Positions 21,325-30,711 of a DNA stretch of 64,000 nt are shown here, piece by piece. Location of the stretch: assembly GCA_965220965.1 (NCBI GenBank), contig OZ244852.1, positions 1,600,001 through 1,664,000 on the forward strand, given 5' to 3'. The position numbers and the translations under genes were made by a program. Position 1 is the first letter of the stretch; each line of letters begins with the position of its first letter. The DNA comes from Candidatus Marinacidobacterium sp. (GTDB lineage Bacteria > Acidobacteriota > Vicinamibacteria > Marinacidobacterales > Marinacidobacteraceae). The notes below the pieces were generated by a model. That model saw nothing but the letters and a program-made list of their open reading frames with translations, did not search any database and was not told the DNA's origin.

Positions 21325-22559
21325 CCGCGGAACAGCCCCACCGCGTTGCGGACCCCGGCGATCAGCCGGTCGACTTCTTCCGTCGTGTTGTAGAGCCCGA
21401 ACGACGCCCGCGCGGTCGCGGGCACCCCGTAGCGCTCCATGAGCGGCTGGGTGCAATGGTGGCCGGCGCGCACCGCGACCCCTTCCTGGTCGAGGATGGT
21501 TCCCAGGTCGTGCGGATGGACATCGTCCACCACGAACGAGACGACCGCCGCCTTGTGCGGGGCCGTCCCCACCAGCCGCAGGCCGGGGATCTCGACGAGA
21601 CGCTCTTCCGCGTACTCGCGGAGCGCGTCCTCGTGCGCCGCCGTCGCTTCGAGCCCGATGCCCTCGATGTAGTCCGCCGCCGCCGCCAGCCCCGCCGGCC
21701 CGGTGATGTGCGGCGTGCCGGCCTCGAACTTGGCCGGGGGATCGGCGTAGGTCGTCCCCTCGAAGCTGACGCTCCGGATCATGTCGCCACCGCCCTGGAA
21801 GGGCGGGATGGCCTCGAGCAGGCTCCGCCGTCCCCAGAGGACGCCGATCCCGGACGGGCCGTACATCTTGTGCCCGGACACCGCGTAGAAGTCGCAGCCG
21901 ATGTCCTTCACCCGGATGGGCAGGTGGGGCGCGGCCTGGGCGCCATCGAAGCACACGTAAGCCCCGCGCTCGTGGGCCAGCCGGACGATCTCCTCCACCG
22001 GGTTCACAGTCCCGAGAGTGTTCGACACGTGGACGGCGGAGACGATGCGCGTGCGGTCGTTCAGGAGCGCCCGGAATCCGTCCAGATCCAGCTCTCCCCG
22101 GTCGGTGACCGGCGCCGCCACCACCCGCGCGCCGGTCAGTTCGCAGACCATCTGCCAGGGGACGATGTTCGAGTGGTGCTCCATCCCGGTCAGGAGCACC
22201 TCGTCTCCCTCGCTCAGCGCGAAGCGGCCGAGGCAGGACGCCACCAGGTTGAGCGCTTCGGTCGCCCCCCGGACGAAGACGATCTCCTCGTGGGTGTCGG
22301 CGCCGAGGAACGCCGCCATCCGGCGCCGGGCGCTCTCGTAGCTGTCGGTGGCGCGCTGGGCGAACTCGTGGACCGCCCGGTGGATGTTCGAGTAGCCGGT
22401 GCGGTGGATCCGGTCCACCGCATCCAGCACCACCTGCGGCTTCTGGGCGCTGGCGGCGTTATCGAGGTAGGCGACCGGCTGGCCGCGCACCTCCTCGGCG
22501 AGGATCGGAAAGTCCCCCCGCACCCGCTCCACGTCGTAGGCGGGCGCCGCCCGGCTCAC
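21321..22559 (-). CDS. sufS: Cysteine desulfurase SufS
   Basis: YLDNAASAQKP, EHHSNIVPW, SGHKMYGP, RAGHHC, RASFGLYN; GTG start 22559. Confidence 0.95.
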   Translation of the reverse strand: MSRAAPAYDVERVRGDFPILAEEVRGQPVAYLDNAASAQKPQVVLDAVDRIHRTGYSNIHRAVHEFAQRATDSYESARRRMAAFLGADTHEEIVFVRGATEALNLVASCLGRFALSEGDEVLLTGMEHHSNIVPWQMVCELTGARVVAAPVTDRGELDLDGFRALLNDRTRIVSAVHVSNTLGTVNPVEEIVRLAHERGAYVCFDGAQAAPHLPIRVKDIGCDFYAVSGHKMYGPSGIGVLWGRRSLLEAIPPFQGGGDMIRSVSFEGTTYADPPAKFEAGTPHITGPAGLAAAADYIEGIGLEATAAHEDALREYAEERLVEIPGLRLVGTAPHKAAVVSFVVDDVHPHDLGTILDQEGVAVRAGHHCTQPLMERYGVPATARASFGLYNTTEEVDRLIAGVRNAVGLFRG

Positions 22560-23905
22560 GCCGCCGCTCTCCCGGCGCTGCGCACCCGCGCCAGGCTCTC
22601 GCGGCCGATGGCGCGGACCGCCTCGACCGGGATCCGGTCGAGGACCTCGCCGGCGAAGGCCTCGATCAGCAGGTCCCGCGAATCGAGGGCGCCGAGCCCG
22701 CGGGAGCGCAGATAGAAGAGAGCATCCTGGTCCAGCCGTCCGATCGCGGCGCCGTGGGCGCACTTCACGTCATCGGCGTGGATCTCCAGCCGCGGCTGGG
22801 TGTGCGCCCGCGCCCCGTCCGAGAGCAGCAGGTTCCGGTTCGACTGGCTGGCGTCGGTCCCGATGGCGCCCGGCGCCACGACGACCTGCCCGTCGAAGAC
22901 GGTGCGCGCCTCCTCGGCGAGAACGGCCTTGTAGAGCTGGCGGCTCTCGGCGTGGGCCGCCGCATGGACCGCCAGCGTGTGGTGCTCGGCCCGCTCGCGT
23001 CCCGCGCCGACGAACAGGCCGTTCAGCGACGCCGCGCCGCCCGGCGCCCGGAAGACGACCGCGGCGTCATGCCGGGCCCTCGCCTCTCCGAGCGACAGGA
23101 CGGTGCTCTCCACGCGCGCTCCGCGGTCCAGGTGGAAGGTCGCGCGACCGGTGTGGTTGCCGCCCCCGGTCTCGAGTCCGACCCGGATGTAGTCGAGCTG
23201 CGCATCCGCGCCGAGGCGGCAGACCGTGCTGGCGTTCGTCCATCCGTCCGGGTTGACGAAGGCTCCTTCGTGAACCTCGATCAGGGTCGCCCGGCTTCCC
23301 GGCGCCAGGTCCACCACGAACCGCGGATGGAGCATGCGGGGGACGGGCCGATCCGGGTCTTCCCGACGGAGCGAGCGAAGCAGCACCGGGCCGCACGACT
23401 CGCCCGCCCGGATCCGGAGATGCGCCCCTCCCTCGAAGAGCCCCGCGTTGAGCATCTCGAGGGGATGCCGGAAGCACGCCGCCAGGTCGAGCCCGGGGCG
23501 ACGCGCCCGGTCGCGCGCGTCGGCGACGAACACCGGGAGGGCGGGCTGGAGGTCGCCGTCGGGGCTCCGGTCGAAGAGCTCGGGCGAAGCCGAGCCGGGT
23601 CCGAGGAGTTCGAGCGCGGCTTCGGGCGGCGCGCTCGCGGCGCCCGCCGGCGAGCCGTTCACGAACGTCGCCCGTCCCGCGAGCTCTCCCGGCCACGGCG
23701 CTGGGGCCTCCCCGGCCGCCACCTCGCCCAGCCGGCGGAACTCCGTTCGCGCGAGGTTGCCGAAATCGGAGAACCGCCAGTCCTCGTCGCGCGACGTGGG
23801 GAACCCGCCGCGCCGGAACACGCCGTCCACGAAGGCGCGGCGCCCGGGGCCCCCGGCCTCCGCCAGGTAGCTGGCGGGAACCTGCGGGGAAGCGAGTCCG
23901 CCCAT
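22556..23905 (-). CDS. sufD: Fe-S cluster assembly protein SufD
   Basis: PTSRDEDWRFS, FDGQVVV, SNRNLLLS, PRLEIHADDVKCAHGA, LFYLRSRG. Confidence 0.92.
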   Translation of the reverse strand: MGGLASPQVPASYLAEAGGPGRRAFVDGVFRRGGFPTSRDEDWRFSDFGNLARTEFRRLGEVAAGEAPAPWPGELAGRATFVNGSPAGAASAPPEAALELLGPGSASPELFDRSPDGDLQPALPVFVADARDRARRPGLDLAACFRHPLEMLNAGLFEGGAHLRIRAGESCGPVLLRSLRREDPDRPVPRMLHPRFVVDLAPGSRATLIEVHEGAFVNPDGWTNASTVCRLGADAQLDYIRVGLETGGGNHTGRATFHLDRGARVESTVLSLGEARARHDAAVVFRAPGGAASLNGLFVGAGRERAEHHTLAVHAAAHAESRQLYKAVLAEEARTVFDGQVVVAPGAIGTDASQSNRNLLLSDGARAHTQPRLEIHADDVKCAHGAAIGRLDQDALFYLRSRGLGALDSRDLLIEAFAGEVLDRIPVEAVRAIGRESLARVRSAGRAAA

Positions 23906-23912
23906 CAGGATG

Positions 23913-24674
23913 TCAGGCGCCGGACAGCGCCGGCGCCCGCGCGTAGCCCTCGGCTTCGAGGCGGTGCGCGAGCGCGCTGTCCCCCGATTCCACGATCCGT
24001 CCGTTCTGCAGGACGTGAACCCGGTCCGGGACGATGTGGTTGAGCAGCCGCTGGTAGTGGGTGATCACCAGGAAACCGCGCTCCGGAGAGCGCATCCGGT
24101 TCACGCCGTCGGCCACGATCCGGAGCGCGTCGATGTCCAGACCGGAGTCCGTTTCGTCGAGCACCGCGAGGGTCGGCTCGAGGACGGACATCTGCAGAAC
24201 CTCGTTCCGCTTCTTCTCACCGCCCGAGAAACCCTCGTTCACCGGTCGCTTGATCAGGTCGGGGTCGAAGTCGAGCAGCTTCACCTTCTCGCGCATCAGG
24301 GCGAGGAAGTCCACGGCGTCGAGCGCCGGCTCCCCCCGGTGCTTGCGCACTTCGTTCACCGCCGCCTTGAGGAAGTAGGTGTTGTTCACCCCCGGGATCT
24401 CGACCGGGTACTGGAAGGCGAGAAAGATGCCTGCCCGGGCCCGCTCCTCCGGCTCCCATCCGGCGATGTCCTCGCCCCGGAACATCAGCTCTCCGCCGGT
24501 GATGTCGTAGCCCTCGCGGCCCGCGATGACGTGAGCGAGGGTGCTCTTGCCCGAGCCGTTCGGCCCCATGACCGCGTGCGTCTCGCCGGCGGGAACCACC
24601 AGATCCAGCCCGCGGAGGATCTCGCGTCCCTCGACCGTGACCCGCAGGTCCCGGATTTCCAGAAGCGGGGTCAT
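23913..24674 (-). CDS. sufC: Fe-S cluster assembly ATPase SufC
   Basis: [51 protein letters not shown]. Confidence 0.96.
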   Translation of the reverse strand: MTPLLEIRDLRVTVEGREILRGLDLVVPAGETHAVMGPNGSGKSTLAHVIAGREGYDITGGELMFRGEDIAGWEPEERARAGIFLAFQYPVEIPGVNNTYFLKAAVNEVRKHRGEPALDAVDFLALMREKVKLLDFDPDLIKRPVNEGFSGGEKKRNEVLQMSVLEPTLAVLDETDSGLDIDALRIVADGVNRMRSPERGFLVITHYQRLLNHIVPDRVHVLQNGRIVESGDSALAHRLEAEGYARAPALSGA

Positions 24675-26137
24675 CCGACGGCCCCTTCGAGGCTCACCCC
24701 GAGCAGCTTCTGGGCTTCGACCGCGAATTCCATCGGGAGTTCGGACAGCACGTCCCGCGCGAACCCGTTCACGATCAGCGAGACCGCCTCCTCGGGATCG
24801 AGCCCTCTCTGTCTGCAGTAGAACAACTGGTCCTCTCCGATCCGCGAGGTGCTGGCCTCGTGTTCGAGCTGGGTGTCGGGGTTCGCCACATCGATGTAGG
24901 GCACGGTGTGCGCCCCCGAATCGGCGCCGATGAGCAGCGAATCGCACTGCGAGAAGTTGCGCGCTCCGGAGGCCCCCGGGAGGACCCGGACCTGCCCCCG
25001 GTAGGTGTTCTGGCCATGTCCGGCGGAAATCCCCTTCGAAATGATCGTGCTGCGGGTGTTCTTCCCGACGTGGATCATCTTGGTCCCCGTGTCCGCCTGC
25101 TGGCGGTTCGCGGTGAGCGCGATCGAGTGGAACTCGCCGATCGAGTGGTCTCCCAGCAGGATGCAGCTCGGGTACTTCCAGGTGATCGCGGACCCGGTCT
25201 CGACCTGGGTCCACGAGATGTGGGACCTCGCCCCGACGCACTTGCCGCGCTTCGTCACGAAGTTGTAGATCCCCCCGACGCCGTCCTTGTCGCCCGGGTA
25301 CCAGTTCTGGACGGTGGAGTACTTGATCCGGGCGTCATCGAGCGCCACCAGCTCGACGACCGCGGCGTGGAGCTGGTTCTCGTCCCGCATCGGCGCGGTG
25401 CATCCCTCGAGGTAGCTCACATAGCTCCCCTCGTCGGCGACGATCAGCGTGCGTTCGAACTGGCCGGTCTCCGAGGCGTTGATGCGGAAATAGGTGGAGA
25501 GCTCCATCGGGCAGCGGACGCCCTTCGGGACATAGACGAAGGACCCGTCGGAGAACACCGCCGAGTTCAGGCAGGCGAAGAAGTTGTCCGAGTGCGGCAC
25601 GACCGAGCCGAGGTATCTCCGGACGAGCTCCGGGTGCTCCTTCACCGCCTCCGAGAAGCTGCAGAAGATGACCCCCATCGAGGCCAGCTTCTCCTTGAAG
25701 GTGGTCGCCACCGAGACCGAGTCGAAGACCGCGTCGACCGCCACCCCCGCAAGCCGCTGCTGCTCCACCAGCGGGATCCCGAGCTTCTCGTAGGTCCGTC
25801 GAAGCTCCGGATCGATGTCGTCGAGGGTCTTCGGCCCGTCCTTCACCGCGCTCTTGGGGGCCGCGTAGTAGTAGATGTCGTCGTAGTCGATCGGCTCGTA
25901 GTCGACCTTGGCCCACTCGGGCTCCTTCATCCCCTTCCAGATCTCGTAGGCCTGGAGCCGCCAGTCGAGGAGCCACTGCGGCTCCTCCTTCTTCGAGGAG
26001 ATGAGCCGGATCACGTCCTCGGAGAGGCCTTTCGGCGCCTTCTCGGTCTCGATTTCGGTGACGAACCCGTAGGCGTAGTCCTTCGAGACGAGCTGCTGCA
26101 CGTCCTCGGAGCCGAGGGTCTTGCGGGTTTCGGGCAT
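24671..26137 (-). CDS. sufB: Fe-S cluster assembly protein SufB
   Basis: [50 protein letters not shown]; ATG 26137. Confidence 0.97.
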   Translation of the reverse strand: MPETRKTLGSEDVQQLVSKDYAYGFVTEIETEKAPKGLSEDVIRLISSKKEEPQWLLDWRLQAYEIWKGMKEPEWAKVDYEPIDYDDIYYYAAPKSAVKDGPKTLDDIDPELRRTYEKLGIPLVEQQRLAGVAVDAVFDSVSVATTFKEKLASMGVIFCSFSEAVKEHPELVRRYLGSVVPHSDNFFACLNSAVFSDGSFVYVPKGVRCPMELSTYFRINASETGQFERTLIVADEGSYVSYLEGCTAPMRDENQLHAAVVELVALDDARIKYSTVQNWYPGDKDGVGGIYNFVTKRGKCVGARSHISWTQVETGSAITWKYPSCILLGDHSIGEFHSIALTANRQQADTGTKMIHVGKNTRSTIISKGISAGHGQNTYRGQVRVLPGASGARNFSQCDSLLIGADSGAHTVPYIDVANPDTQLEHEASTSRIGEDQLFYCRQRGLDPEEAVSLIVNGFARDVLSELPMEFAVEAQKLLGVSLEGAVG

Positions 26138-26151
26138 GGGAGGGAGGCGCT

Positions 26152-26607
26152 CTACTGGAGGACGGGAAGCTGGGGCTGCGCTGGGAGTTCGGTGGGGCCG
26201 CCGGCGTCGGCCACGACCTCGGCCAGCGTCAGATCGGAGAGCAGGGCCAGCAGCCTGGCGTGAATCTGCTGGAGCGGCGTTCGCACGGAACAGCTCGACA
26301 CGAGCGAGCACCCGGGGTCATCCAGGACGCACTCGACGAACGCCAGCGGTCCCTCGACCGACTCGATGATCTCGGTCACGGTGATCTCGCCGGCGGGACG
26401 CGCCAGCCGGTAGCCGCCGTGGATCCCGCGGCGCGTCTTGACGATTCCAGAGCGCTTGAGGCTCTGGAGCACCTTGGCGGCGAGCTCCGGCGGGAGCCGG
26501 TGGTGCTCCGCCATCCGACGGGCGCTCAGCGTCTGCCCGCCGGGCAGCAGCGCGAGGTCGGCAAGCGCCATCAGGGCGTAGTCGGTGCTCTTGGACAGGC
26601 GGATCAC
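26152..26607 (-). CDS. Rrf2 family transcriptional regulator (SUF Fe-S assembly regulator, IscR-like)
   Basis: [27 protein letters not shown], and three Cys ([15 protein letters not shown]); first gene of the suf operon. Confidence 0.92.
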   Translation of the reverse strand: MIRLSKSTDYALMALADLALLPGGQTLSARRMAEHHRLPPELAAKVLQSLKRSGIVKTRRGIHGGYRLARPAGEITVTEIIESVEGPLAFVECVLDDPGCSLVSSCSVRTPLQQIHARLLALLSDLTLAEVVADAGGPTELPAQPQLPVLQ

Positions 26608-26728
26608 GGAGATTCGGGCGTCACCGGTCGGGCCGCAAGGTCGCAGGGGGAGAGCGCCGGGGGCCGCTCATGGCGAACCGGACCCGGGAAACTCCCGTTA
26701 CGCCCCACCGCCCACTTCAAAGGCGAGA

Positions 26729-26760
26729 AAACCCGACCGAATGACTCGCACATTCTACCA
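26729..26760 (-). promoter_or_regulatory. Putative suf promoter (extended -10 TGnTAGAAT) with overlapping IscR type-1-like box
   Basis: Minus strand reads TGGTAGAATG at 26751-26760. AAACCCGACCGAATGACTCGCACAT (26729-26753) matches 18 of 25 positions of the IscR type-1 consensus ATASYYGACTRWWWYAGTCRRSTAT by manual alignment. Confidence 0.55.
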
Positions 26761-26850
26761 CGCCGCGCCGGCGCAGGGGTTCGGGGCTGGTGACGTCGGC
26801 CCCGCCGGGATTGCGGCCGAACGACGCGATTCCTCCTACACTCCGGCGCC

Positions 26851-27546
26851 GTGCCGAGCGAAGGCCCCTGGGGCGCACCGCCCTCGCCAGGGGCCCCGGA
26901 CTGGAGCGAGGCGGAAGCCTTCCTGGCGGCGCGCGACGCCGTCCTGGGCGGTCTGATCCGGCGCGCCGGCCCGTGCTCGCTGGCGCCCCGGCCGAACTCC
27001 TTCGCCACTCTGGCGGGATCCATCGTCGCCCAGCAGATTTCGGCCGCCGCCGCCCGGACGATCCACCGCCGACTCTGGGCGCTGACCCGGGGTCGCGCTC
27101 CCGAGCCCGGGGAGATCCTGCGCCGCCGCGAGGCGACGCTCCGCCGGGTGGGCCTCTCCCGGCAGAAGATCGCCTATCTGCGCGATCTCGCGCTCCGCGT
27201 CGAGCGCGGCGACCTGGACCTCGATTCGCTCCCCGATCTGGACGACGAAGCCGTCCGGGGCGCGCTCACCGCCGTCAAGGGCGTCGGCGACTGGACCGCC
27301 CACATGCACCTCATCTTCACGCTGAACCGGCCCGACGTGTTTGCGCCGGGGGACGCCGCCGTCCTGGCCGCCATGCGCGACCTCTACGGCCTCGACGAGG
27401 ACGCAACCGCCGCGGACTACGCCCGCATCAGCGACAGGTGGCGGCCGTGGCGAAGCATCGGCGTCTGGTACATGTACGAGCATGTCCGCCAGGCGCGGGC
27501 GGACCGGTCGCGGCGGACCGCGGAGCGGGGGTCTACTGGCCGGTGA
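26851..27546 (+). CDS. DNA-3-methyladenine glycosylase (AlkA/HhH-GPD family)
   Basis: SIVAQQIS..AA, GLSRQK..Y, L..VKGVGDWTA.M (HhH), RPDVF..GD, WRPWRS. Confidence 0.9.
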   Translation: MPSEGPWGAPPSPGAPDWSEAEAFLAARDAVLGGLIRRAGPCSLAPRPNSFATLAGSIVAQQISAAAARTIHRRLWALTRGRAPEPGEILRRREATLRRVGLSRQKIAYLRDLALRVERGDLDLDSLPDLDDEAVRGALTAVKGVGDWTAHMHLIFTLNRPDVFAPGDAAVLAAMRDLYGLDEDATAADYARISDRWRPWRSIGVWYMYEHVRQARADRSRRTAERGSTGR

Positions 27547-28630
27547 GAGCGGCCGCCTCGAACACCCGGTAGGCGCGCTCCACCGCGATCAGCGGCGCGC
27601 CGGGCCCCGGGATGAGGCCCGGGAAGTTCCCGGAGTGCGCGGTCAGGTCGATCCGTTCGGCCGCTTCCGCGGCGCTCAGGCCGTTCTCGCGCGCCATCCG
27701 CGCCTGTTCCCAGAAGTCGTCCAGCCAGGCCGCCAGGTTCCCCAGTTTCTCGCGGTCCTCGAAGGGAGGCCCGTGTCCCGGCAGCACGACCTCGAAGTCG
27801 AGTTCGGCGACTCTCCGGATCGTCTCGCCCCATCCCGGAAAGCCGTCCCCCATGAAGGGCAGCCCGAACGGAACGAGGTCCCCGGTGATGAGGACGCGGC
27901 GCTGCGGCAGGAACACGACGACGTCCCCGGCGGTGTGGCCCGGCCCCATCCAGAGCAATTGGATCTCCTCCCCACCCCGGTGAAGCGTCAGCCTCCGCTC
28001 CAGCGTGATCGTGGGCGCCACCGGCTGGATCGCCGCGGTCGCCTCCTGGTAGGCGCGCATCCGCGCGAGGTTCGCCTCGATCCCGGCGCGCTCCTCGTCG
28101 GCGGCTGCGGCGAGTTCGGCTTCGATCCCGGCGATCTGGTCGGGCAGCGTCGCGACGAACGAGTCCCAGGCGGTCCCGGAAACCGACCCGCCGGACGACA
28201 CGATCTCGTAGGTCGCCTCGTGACCGAGGATCTCCACGTCGTCGCCGAAAACCTGGTTCCCGTGGATGTGGTCGAAGTGGAAGTGGGTGTTCACGACGTA
28301 GCGGACCGGCTTCGGCGTCGCCTCGCCCAGTTCCTCGAGCAGCACCCACGCCGCCGCCGGAGTGATGTGGGAGTCCACCAGGAGAAGCGATTCCCCCAGA
28401 TCCACGATCGAGGCGTTCGCCCCGACGTTCATCGCGCCGGTCCCCACCGCGTGCCAGATCCCCGGCCGCACCTCGGTGATTTCGAAGGCCGCCCCCTCGT
28501 GCGCCTGGGCGCCCGGCGGCGGCCCGCTGTCCGGCGCCTCGACTTCAGGGGCCGCGCACCCGGCGGCGAGGAGAGCGACGAACGGCGCGACGAGCCCGCG
28601 GGCCCTGCGGAGGCGACTCAGCATGGTCAT
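27533..28630 (-). CDS. MBL-fold metallo-hydrolase, probable lipoprotein
   Basis: Lipobox LAAGC; NTHFHFDHIHGN, GHTAGD, TGDL, PGHG. Confidence 0.9.
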   Translation of the reverse strand: MTMLSRLRRARGLVAPFVALLAAGCAAPEVEAPDSGPPPGAQAHEGAAFEITEVRPGIWHAVGTGAMNVGANASIVDLGESLLLVDSHITPAAAWVLLEELGEATPKPVRYVVNTHFHFDHIHGNQVFGDDVEILGHEATYEIVSSGGSVSGTAWDSFVATLPDQIAGIEAELAAAADEERAGIEANLARMRAYQEATAAIQPVAPTITLERRLTLHRGGEEIQLLWMGPGHTAGDVVVFLPQRRVLITGDLVPFGLPFMGDGFPGWGETIRRVAELDFEVVLPGHGPPFEDREKLGNLAAWLDDFWEQARMARENGLSAAEAAERIDLTAHSGNFPGLIPGPGAPLIAVERAYRVFEAAALTGQ

Positions 28631-28678
28631 CCCTCCATTGTGCCAGCCCGTTGGGACGGGCGCCCGGCCGCCGGATGA

Positions 28679-29848
28679 TCAGGCGTCGGCGACCACCCCC
28701 GCCAGCTCGCGAAGCCCGATCCGCTCCACCCCTTCGCGCAGCGGGGACCGTTCGTCTCCGGGCGCGATCACGAAGGCCCGCTCCGCGCCGATGTCCCGAA
28801 CCGCGGCGATGACGCCCCGGGGAACCCTCGGCGCCTGGTCGTGGCTGATCTGGATGGCCCAACTCGCCGGCCGCCCCGGAATCTCCAGGATGAGATCCAG
28901 CCGGGCCCCGCCCCCGGACCGGTACCAGAAGGGCCTCGTCCCGAACGGCGCCACCGCGAGCAGCGTCTCGATCACGAACCCTTCCCAGCTCTTCCGGAGC
29001 AGCGGATGGCTGCGCAGGGCGGCGGCATCCCGAATGCCCAGCAACGAGTGCTGCAGACCGCTGTCCCGGATGTAGGTCCGGGGCGCCTTCGCGAGCCGCC
29101 TCCCCAGGCTCCGGTAGTAAGGACGCAGCTCCCGCACCAGGTGGAGATCCACGAACAGGCGGATCGTCCGCCGGACGGTGGTCGCCGCCATCGGCAGCGC
29201 GCCCGCCAGGTCGGCGGCGTTCAGCGGCTTCCCCTGTCGCTCCGCCAGCATCGCGAGGAGGTCCTCGACGGCCGACGCCGAGGACCGCGAACCGAGCTGA
29301 CGCGCCTCGCCTTCACAGCAGGCGAGCAGAAGTTCCCGGCGCCACCGGAAACTCTCCAGGTCATCGGGTTCGAGGAAGGCGGCCGGCAGCCCGCCGCGCA
29401 GCCAGAGGCGCTCCAGCGCTTCCTCGGTCTCCTCGACCTCCAGAATGTCCAGCGGGGCCAGATCCACCCGCCCCAGCCGGCCGGCGAGGCTGTGCTGCTG
29501 CCGCATCCGGGAGAACGCGGCGAAGCCAACGACGAGGACCCGGCCATTGCCGCCTCGTCGGCGCCGACGCTGGTCGATCGCCGCCCGGAGCGGGCGGAAC
29601 AGTTCGCCGCCGCGGCGGATATGGTCCAGGATGACGAGGCGTTCGTCGTGGACCTCGAGGAAGCGCGCCGGATCCCCGAGCCGCCGGCGATCGGCCGAGC
29701 GCTCGAGGTCGAGATAGAGCGCATCCTGGCGACGGGCGACTTCGAGCGCCAGCGTGGTCTTGCCCGCCTGCCGCGGACCGAGCAGCAGAACCGCCGGTTG
29801 CCGCGCAAGCGCCCCCTCAACGTCGCGGAGCGCGCGGCGGGCGATCAT
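28679..29848 (-). CDS. AAA_14 + DUF4143 ATP-binding protein with degenerate catalytic motifs
   Basis: GPRQAGKTT, SLAGR, RGGLP, YIRDSGL, SWEGFVIE. Walker B reads LDH rather than LDE. Confidence 0.85.
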   Translation of the reverse strand: MIARRALRDVEGALARQPAVLLLGPRQAGKTTLALEVARRQDALYLDLERSADRRRLGDPARFLEVHDERLVILDHIRRGGELFRPLRAAIDQRRRRRGGNGRVLVVGFAAFSRMRQQHSLAGRLGRVDLAPLDILEVEETEEALERLWLRGGLPAAFLEPDDLESFRWRRELLLACCEGEARQLGSRSSASAVEDLLAMLAERQGKPLNAADLAGALPMAATTVRRTIRLFVDLHLVRELRPYYRSLGRRLAKAPRTYIRDSGLQHSLLGIRDAAALRSHPLLRKSWEGFVIETLLAVAPFGTRPFWYRSGGGARLDLILEIPGRPASWAIQISHDQAPRVPRGVIAAVRDIGAERAFVIAPGDERSPLREGVERIGLRELAGVVADA

Positions 29849-29952
29849 GCCGACGGTCGCGTCTCCATGTCACCCATTGTGGCGGGAGCCCGAGGCGCCC
29901 CCGACCGCCCTCCTCGGGCGTAGCCCGAAATCCCGACCCGCCGCGGCTCCGA

Positions 29953-30711
29953 TCAGCGGCCCTCTTCGGCCTCTGGGTCCGGTCCGAAACTGAGGTCGGG
30001 CAGGTAGCGAACGAGCCACTGCTCGGTGCGGCTCACCGCGCCCGCGAGCTTGGCCATCACCTCGAGCGCCCCTTCGGGGCCAAGCGCCCGGGCCATCGGG
30101 GAGCCCTGGTCGAGGGCGGCGAAGTTGCCGAGGTGGAAGAAATGGACATAGCCGCCTTCGGCGCCGAGCGTCACCGCTCCGGTGGAGTGGCGCATGTTCG
30201 CCTCGGAGAAGTGCGGGAGCACATCTTCCATCATGATCCGCAGGTAGTCCTGTTCGCGCCCGGGAACGACGGTGACCTGCTGGACCAGCGTCAGGACCGG
30301 TTCCTCGTCCTCGGGCAGGGGGCTGTCGATGTCCGGGGTCGCGCGCAGGGCGATGGCCGTGCTGCCCGTCAGGACCCGCTGGATGCGGCTCTCGACGCTC
30401 GCGCGACGGGCGTCGGCGCGCGCCGGACGGTCGAGCGTCCCGAACTGCGCGAGCGGTTTCATGATGAGAAACCGGTAAGCGTCGCCGAAGACCGCGGTCC
30501 GGCTGACGGTGCGCCAGGCCACCCCGGCTTCCTTCTCGATATCGGCGAGCTCGCGCTGCGCCGCGAGGAAGTCGTCCACGCCGCCGGGCTCGACGCCCAC
30601 GATCGTCAGTTCGATCCAGGGCGGCGGGGCGTCCTGCGCGGCGCCCGCCGCCGGAAAGGCGACGAGCGCCGCCAGCGCGATGGAGGCCCGGCGCGCGCGC
30701 CCGCTCAGCAC
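29953..30711 (-). CDS. Secreted hypothetical protein with two tandem NIPSNAP/ferredoxin-like repeats
   Basis: Signal peptide (AGAAQD); internal duplication V.PGGVDDF...PDID versus V.PGREQDY...PDLS; overlaps the end of the ankyrin gene. Confidence 0.65.
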   Translation of the reverse strand: MLSGRARRASIALAALVAFPAAGAAQDAPPPWIELTIVGVEPGGVDDFLAAQRELADIEKEAGVAWRTVSRTAVFGDAYRFLIMKPLAQFGTLDRPARADARRASVESRIQRVLTGSTAIALRATPDIDSPLPEDEEPVLTLVQQVTVVPGREQDYLRIMMEDVLPHFSEANMRHSTGAVTLGAEGGYVHFFHLGNFAALDQGSPMARALGPEGALEVMAKLAGAVSRTEQWLVRYLPDLSFGPDPEAEEGR

